Positions 60,001 to 64,000 of a DNA stretch of 64,000 nt are shown piece after piece. A model generated the notes under the pieces. It was not told the DNA's origin and did not search any database. It was given only the letters and a program-made list of their open reading frames with translations. Numbering within the stretch: the stretch's first letter is position 1; every line of letters starts with the position of its first letter. Both the position numbers and the translations under genes were made by a program. Source of the stretch: an uncultured Bacteroidia bacterium. Lineage in GTDB: Bacteria > Bacteroidota > Bacteroidia > NS11-12g > UBA955. The stretch lies in the NCBI GenBank assembly GCA_938086785.1, contig CALKCM010000014.1, forward strand, positions 2,467 to 66,466. Reading direction: 5' to 3'.

Positions 60001-61365
60001 GGGATGATAAACCCAACCCATACCTATGGCACTGAGGGTATTTATTTTGTTGAGCAGAAAGTGATTTCTAATTTTGGTTGTCAAGATTCTGTTAGTATAC
60101 CAGTGGAAGTATTTCCTTTATTGCAATCTGAGATATCTGTGGATGATCATTGTTTTGGTTTTAACCAAAGGTTCAGTTCAACCACGACGGGGACTGGTAT
60201 TTTAGACCAATTGCATTGGAAATTGGGAAATTTAGATTCTCAATCCTTAGCTTCTTTTAATTATATGTATTCGAATACTGGGAAGTACACTATTGAACTA
60301 GAAACAAAAACTACGGATGGCTGTATTACGAAAAAATCTAGGGAAGTGGATGTATTCCCATTGCCTATCTTCACGTCCATTTTTAGCAAGAATCCTTGTT
60401 CAGATGAAAAGGTAAGCTTCGAAGCTACAGTGGATATTAATACGGGAACAGTAGCATCCGTAGATTGGATTTTTAAAGATAACACTTCCTTAAGTGGATT
60501 TGCTGTTAATAGAGATTTTTCTCTACCTACAAAAGATTCGGTGAGTGTCATTGCGAAGAGTAATAGGGGTTGCATAGACTCAACTTCAGTGGTTTTTCAA
60601 AGTTTTGAAAAGGTTGTTCCGCTTTTTTCTGTAGGTGAAGTTTGTTTGGACGAAAGCAGTTTATTTGAAGATTTGTCTACTTCCTATTTATCCATTCGTG
60701 ATTACTCTTGGGATTTTGGCGATGGAGAAAAGGGCTTTGGCAAGACTATTACACATAAATATGCCTCCAGTGGAACGTTTAATTGTACGCATCGTATTAT
60801 AACTATACCTGGCTGTGAATATGAAATAATTAATCCAGTTATTGTGCATCCAAAACCTATTCCGGGTTTTGGATTGGACCCAAAAAGGTCTATCATTACC
60901 GATGCTTACATTTCAGTTTCTGATCTAAGCACAGGTGCAGACTCGGTGTGGTATCGATATGAAAGTGAAAAAATAAACCGCAATAGAAATTTTATTCATC
61001 GGTTTCCAGACAGTGGATTCTTTCGCATACATCAATACGTTTCAAACAAATACGGCTGCATGGATTCAACCTCAGACGATGTATATATTGAATTTTTATA
61101 TACCCTTTTTGTGCCAAATGCATTTTCGCCCAATGGCATTGCTCCTAATAATGTTTTTAAACCAGAGGGTTTGGGTCATATCAATTATGAATTAATAATA
61201 TATAACCGATGGGGGGGAACTATTTATAAAGAAGCGAATGGAGCTTGGGATGGTTCTAGTGAGGGTAAAGTTGTGCCTGATGGAGTTTATCCATATATAA
61301 TTATACTTAAGGACTACAAGGATAAAAATCGATATCACAAAGGATTGATTCACTTGCTCAGGTAA
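54088..61365 (+). CDS. Giant (2425 aa) PKD-repeat surface protein with T9SS type-B CTD
   Basis: Signal peptide, many W.FGDG PKD repeats, C-terminal FVPNAFSPNG...IYNRWG...DGVY...LLR. Confidence 0.92.
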   Translation: MIIKRVQLILFCILAVLFSSQIKAQGNKLSIRSTSPKNISICGFSDTSRITVYNISSSVINGSTLRLNLPPGVNYVAGSLVSSTVSESNITNPNRPIFKSGKLLLAQSYTLRVSLKADCELMYKLGGSFQPQIDVRVDYAGNFDLGSSLPFAPNVPSPVLSSITNRSYTGDVGRSFVRKYTIKNFGKGPIEEFYFYRINGKDLKTTVQKEFVSTLVGDTLKTKITKAQISQIGNKDSFFDRNESIEFSDTISIQGCRSLGTNFFMMWGCNNQLCQIIKNNGLVNISTKAPNIKSWAKSSSSTCQNNTIANSQELVITNTGQLAAINGEVYIYQSYGNTASFYKYLYSRIDTSSIFIRKSRNGKQQRIYPTSVENNQTYSCLGKDPIGSFLLNFGDLEPGDSLIINWDLYKCAPTNCGSSFYNQGWSYRVNYSDACGDRQSTYQRSGKSGALSRASLSVNAPTDIASGITEKIIYTFNSTNFLPMDTSAKIYIDLILPKTLSHSLSTKDFYISNYRLTNSWYPDSVEKHGDTIRGYFGNRVKMNITNGELYINVTGNCSNSKKNENLPVTLQVKYNTNANCNPNVWINMACNTASIKVHCDFSCSGGMQFKNFDVKRINFGLPDNDNDGLADKTGTLDTSKLRTERAMYGDTILASFYGRPKSAGGSNRAWSNGFAQSIVSYGKCLEVIDAELVVIKGSTLFSSGCTTVKHKKTVAGNNATFNFDFSVDSIFGAGCLNSTYRYSRNDSLILKVRYRIAENIGGSTVNLLFKNRYYLSNYASPTLAQSYQCDTFNGRLTYLGYYFTNYGRDNRLYGTCGALTVNQSFYLGIGKCCNNYSGNDAFPYEYRNWATMDKLRIHLPKGMGFLSANFYQLRTTGRGSSVRENVLDIKPLAGYNNPIVFDLKKLYKANGGAVNAGDDGFNGYVSFRLQPLCDFPPDVPQIIDYDYVFEKHNALGIGFDTLFSKIIGTSDRVTLAKPKIAMIPDIQTVYANTDTAEWELRYSNSSTSFQVYNVWLSQKKNNNIKIVEIWDVENDTLVKPTNDIFRAGPLGAGKVRRFKIRATYNNCSPDSLIIYGAWACDGYPINFSSYDCTPEKMTLLLEPKNTRLQLTLEDSAALLNLCSENKMEVLLENIQDVNSYSNKLQLVLPIGMKIVPGTIQVEYPTGKAMVSLPMPDLVTGTTVQWDLDKLLPGFSKGFSGTADTSMNKVRVVFKTTTNCDYASGSYMIAKAEANINCGDPVLVVPAYSRPLDIIGITRPYYTLAEIKSDSILPCTKPFDVSIKSIILGPDKTAIKDRIEILIPEGMSWDSSYFYKIRNAPFKDSFVISDINGATLVSWLLPPNIKPGDSIEFKTRFNAKSENFFCGVTDLSVRTVVVQSALCVETNKYCDIKVVTGGELINPVVDKASLKLSPLNSTSYMLRGDSEKVDLSYVVRNDGQNISSSQAIIVNYYFDKNANGKWDVSDKFLSSDTLNKTLKKNEQVNVSKSMGIVAGESCAIIAIIDSSACSCLYAQMIFPAPRLINAGRDTAICSGSLLLVGGINNYRFRYSWNNRSILNDPSKARTLFIANNQSGKPEQYDLVLSTDRGECFSKDTVKVVVNPLPQLSMNFKDTQICTGAWLNLAPKINSGVLPFIYSWKSSVPLKDSTKESLYVKPDSHTFYHLFLKDKNGCSDSDSANVQVFKKPIAEFNYPITCANKELIVSNSSFRGTSNWSKVIWSTSTWDTVNLDVTAIPMSGLTEAVELIVVNDANCADTIKKQVNKKALPRALFTADNHCLNATFELKNGSVSDSGRIIEYYWQFDDGSSSGDLLPSHVFKTADSFNVSLRVKSEFDCTDSITQAVVVHPIPQADFAANAPCEGQALKIVNKSTLPKGFIDLVNWSSKYGMGTADSLELMLNTFDSFQVKLLVSSNFSCMDSVEKQVRVFDKPKANFSVADVCDGVSLNLIDSSEIRDGTIDRYQWKFGDGNNSGMINPTHTYGTEGIYFVEQKVISNFGCQDSVSIPVEVFPLLQSEISVDDHCFGFNQRFSSTTTGTGILDQLHWKLGNLDSQSLASFNYMYSNTGKYTIELETKTTDGCITKKSREVDVFPLPIFTSIFSKNPCSDEKVSFEATVDINTGTVASVDWIFKDNTSLSGFAVNRDFSLPTKDSVSVIAKSNRGCIDSTSVVFQSFEKVVPLFSVGEVCLDESSLFEDLSTSYLSIRDYSWDFGDGEKGFGKTITHKYASSGTFNCTHRIITIPGCEYEIINPVIVHPKPIPGFGLDPKRSIITDAYISVSDLSTGADSVWYRYESEKINRNRNFIHRFPDSGFFRIHQYVSNKYGCMDSTSDDVYIEFLYTLFVPNAFSPNGIAPNNVFKPEGLGHINYELIIYNRWGGTIYKEANGAWDGSSEGKVVPDGVYPYIIILKDYKDKNRYHKGLIHLLR

Positions 61366-61405
61366 TTTCCTCCCAGAGTGCACCTTCCTAAGAAGACGAA
61401 GTGTT

Positions 61406-62485
61406 TCAACTCAAAATTCGTTGGGCTACTATTTCGCTAGTTTTTTTGTTGCCAATGGCTTTACCCAGCTGCACGTAATCAGATTGCATTTCAATTAATC
61501 CTTCAGTACTCAAGATTCGCTGCAACTCTAAATCAATGTCTATTGCATTGCAATCTTCTTGCACCAATTCTTTTACCGCTGGCTTGTCTAGAATAAGGTT
61601 AACTAAGCTAATATACTTGACTTTTACCACTTGCTTTCCAATCCAATAGGTGAGGGGAGAAAGTTTATAGCAGACCATTTGAGGAACTCTTAAAAGAGCT
61701 GTTTCTAGTGTTGCGGTTCCGCTGGTTACAATGGCGGCATTGGAAGCTGAAAGTATGTTGTAGGTATTGTCTTTTATCGCAATAACATTGCTTGTTTGAA
61801 ACTTCTTAAAATAGTCTAGTTCAAAGTTTGGAGCCACAGCTATGGCAAACATCCAATCGGGATGCAAGGCGGCTACTTCGAGCATAGGAGGAAGCATTTT
61901 TTCAATTTCAGGCTTTCGACTGCCAGGCAATAAGGCTATGACTGTTTTATTTTTGGGCAGTTCTTTGGGAATTGTTGGAATATTCTGTTTCAAGGCATCC
62001 ATAACAGGATTGCCTACATATTCTACATCTAGGCCATGCTGCTTAAAAAAGGCGGGTTCAAAAGGCAGTATAGAATAGAGTTTATCAACTGTTTTTTCTA
62101 ATTTTTTTACTCGTTTGGTATTCCAAGCCCAAACTTTTGGAGCGATGTAATAATGCACCGGGATTCCATGCTTTTTTGCAAATTTTGCCATGCGCATGTT
62201 AAAACCTGGATTGTCAATAAGAATAAGTTTCTCAGGCCTGCAATCTAAAATATCTTGTTGCAATTCTTTGAGTGCTTTTTTTATGGTATTTAAATTTTTT
62301 ATGACCTCCGTAAATCCCATAAATGCTCTATTCTTATAATGTTGTACTAATATGCCTCCCGCTTCTTTCATGAGGTCGCCACCACAAAACCGGAGTTCTA
62401 AATTGGGATTTATATGAAGCATGGCTTTCATGAGATTGCTCCCATGTAAATCACCACTCGCTTCACCTGCAATTAGATATATCAT
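61406..62485 (-). CDS. lpxB: Lipid-A-disaccharide synthase
   Basis: AGEASGDLHG, YYIAPKVWAW, LLPGSR and TSGTATLE motifs. Confidence 0.97.
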   Translation of the reverse strand: MIYLIAGEASGDLHGSNLMKAMLHINPNLELRFCGGDLMKEAGGILVQHYKNRAFMGFTEVIKNLNTIKKALKELQQDILDCRPEKLILIDNPGFNMRMAKFAKKHGIPVHYYIAPKVWAWNTKRVKKLEKTVDKLYSILPFEPAFFKQHGLDVEYVGNPVMDALKQNIPTIPKELPKNKTVIALLPGSRKPEIEKMLPPMLEVAALHPDWMFAIAVAPNFELDYFKKFQTSNVIAIKDNTYNILSASNAAIVTSGTATLETALLRVPQMVCYKLSPLTYWIGKQVVKVKYISLVNLILDKPAVKELVQEDCNAIDIDLELQRILSTEGLIEMQSDYVQLGKAIGNKKTSEIVAQRILS

Positions 62486-62793
62486 TAGCTAACTTCTGCG
62501 TAAAATATCCAAATAACCAAAATGAAACAACCTATAATAAATCCTCTGAGGAGCGAAATGTCTTTCATCTTTTTAGAGAGCAAAAAGAAAATTCCAATAT
62601 TGGCAGCTAGCCCCAACTGCATGAAAAGCATCATGCGATCATTCATTATTTTTAATCCGTAATTATAATTTGAAAACCCACCTCCTTGTGCTACATAGAT
62701 AGCTGCAGATAGGATGTATGGAAGAAGTAGACTTCCTATAAAACCGGCAAACACATAGAGCCAGTTTATTTTTTGTCTAGGTTGAGATTCCAT
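62485..62793 (-). CDS. Small membrane protein
   Basis: Three hydrophobic segments; lies in the operon between surE and lpxB. Confidence 0.65.
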   Translation of the reverse strand: MESQPRQKINWLYVFAGFIGSLLLPYILSAAIYVAQGGGFSNYNYGLKIMNDRMMLFMQLGLAANIGIFFLLSKKMKDISLLRGFIIGCFILVIWIFYAEVS

Positions 62794-63539
62794 TGTTTTA
62801 AGGTTTCTATTTGTTGGTGTGCTGTAAGGTCAAACATGGTTGGAACTACACTAATATATCCATTATTTAAGGCCCATTCATCCGAATCTTCTTGATGATC
62901 CATGTCAACAAACTGTCCGGTCATCCAAAAATATTCTCTTCCAAATGGATCGTGTCTTCTATCAAAATCTTCTTTCCAACGTCCTTTTGCTTGGCGGCAT
63001 ACTTTCACTCCTTTGATCTCTCCTGGAGGGATATTTACATTGAGTAAGTTGCCATAGGGGAGCTTATTCTCTAAAGCTTCACGCGCCAGTCTTTCTATAT
63101 ACGGTTTGCAATGGTCAAAGTTTGCATTCCAGCTGAAGTCGCACAGCGAAAACCCAATGGCAGGCATGCCGTCGATACTCGCTTCTACGGCTGCGCTCAT
63201 GGTACCTGAATACAGAACATTGATGCTAGCATTTGAACCATGGTTGATTCCTGAAACCATGAGGTCAGGTTGACGAGATAACAATTTATCTATAGCAATT
63301 TTAACACAATCTACCGGAGTTCCTGAGCACTGATATGCAGTGACTCCCTTAAAGGTGTTTACTTTAGATAAGCGAATGGGATCTTCAATCGTAATGGAAT
63401 GTCCTTGGGCACTTTGTGGTCCATCTGGAGCAACCACAATGACCTCCCCAATCTTGAGCATGATCTCTACTAAAACAGCAATTCCTGGAGAATTTATGCT
63501 ATCGTCGTTACTGATAAGAATTAAGGGTTTTTCTGCCAT
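62766..63539 (-). CDS. surE: 5'/3'-nucleotidase SurE
   Basis: ILISNDD, GTPVDCV, SGINHGSN and YSGTMSAA motifs. Confidence 0.97.
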   Translation of the reverse strand: MAEKPLILISNDDSINSPGIAVLVEIMLKIGEVIVVAPDGPQSAQGHSITIEDPIRLSKVNTFKGVTAYQCSGTPVDCVKIAIDKLLSRQPDLMVSGINHGSNASINVLYSGTMSAAVEASIDGMPAIGFSLCDFSWNANFDHCKPYIERLAREALENKLPYGNLLNVNIPPGEIKGVKVCRQAKGRWKEDFDRRHDPFGREYFWMTGQFVDMDHQEDSDEWALNNGYISVVPTMFDLTAHQQIETLKQWNLNLDKK

Positions 63540-63570
63540 AGAAGGCTCAAATTTACACTAATTTTAAAAG

Positions 63571-64000
63571 CTATGGTGTTTTCTTGCTCTGAAGTTTTAC
63601 CATCTCAAGAAGTTTAGATTCTTCGCCCTCTTTTCCATTCATCTGAATGTAATCTCCAAGACCAATCTCGGCTAATTCATGTAAGAACAGGATTCCCCTC
63701 TCGTTGGGATTGAGGCCTATGGTACTTAAATGGATTCCTTCTTCGGCTTTTTGTTGGATTAATCCGAACATTTCTTTACGGCTCATGCTCCCTCCAGTAA
63801 AGGTTCCATCTGTAGCAATGATAATTTGGTTGTTGCCTTCCAAGACAAAGTGTTCAGAAGCCATGTTATAAGCCATTTGAAGTGCAGCACCTCCATTTGT
63901 CGCTCCTCCAATTTTAATAGTTGTGAGGATAGATCTCAGACTATCTTTATTCGTAACAAACCCAGGGGCATGAATAATATTAGCAGTACTTGCTAAACTA
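63571..64000 (-). CDS. VWA-domain protein (C-terminal part; starts beyond the window)
   Basis: Frame open to the window end: GGATNGGAALQMAY...IIIATDG...LSTIG...LAEIGLGDY. Confidence 0.85.
   Translation of the reverse strand, partial: SLASTANIIHAPGFVTNKDSLRSILTTIKIGGATNGGAALQMAYNMASEHFVLEGNNQIIIATDGTFTGGSMSRKEMFGLIQQKAEEGIHLSTIGLNPNERGILFLHELAEIGLGDYIQMNGKEGEESKLLEMVKLQSKKTP

Overview
Bacteroidota (Flavobacteriales/Cryomorphaceae-like) chromosomal window, judged from TAnnTTTG -7 promoters, many T9SS C-terminal sorting domains and a PorE-like OmpA protein. Bases ~16.4-64 kb are mostly ordinary core genome: rsfS, birA, DUF1800/DUF1501, rfbB, nrnA, bioBFDA plus a ferritin-like gene, ABC-F, TonB receptor, sod, pnuC, lysS, M1/M16 peptidases, two large T9SS type-B adhesins, lpxB and surE. 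Bases 1-16.4 kb are an AT-richer accessory region made of two islands at the 3' ends of tRNA-fMet (7390-7461) and tRNA-Glu (16313-16384); no integrase or transposase is visible in the window. The islands share a small kit of recurring parts: a 55-bp tRNA-Glu-flanking end repeat in three identical copies that separates single-gene cassettes; a ~115-130 bp non-coding element (four copies, one truncated) found in both islands; a DUF285/BspA leucine-rich-repeat gene next to each tRNA; orphan DUF285 C-terminal caps; a reused promoter plus signal-peptide module; and duplicated small-terminase-like remnants. My best candidate for an undescribed system is an integrase-less, tRNA-anchored array of single-gene surface-protein cassettes with modular LRR shuffling. 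The repeats are seen directly in the sequence; mobility and mechanism are inference.
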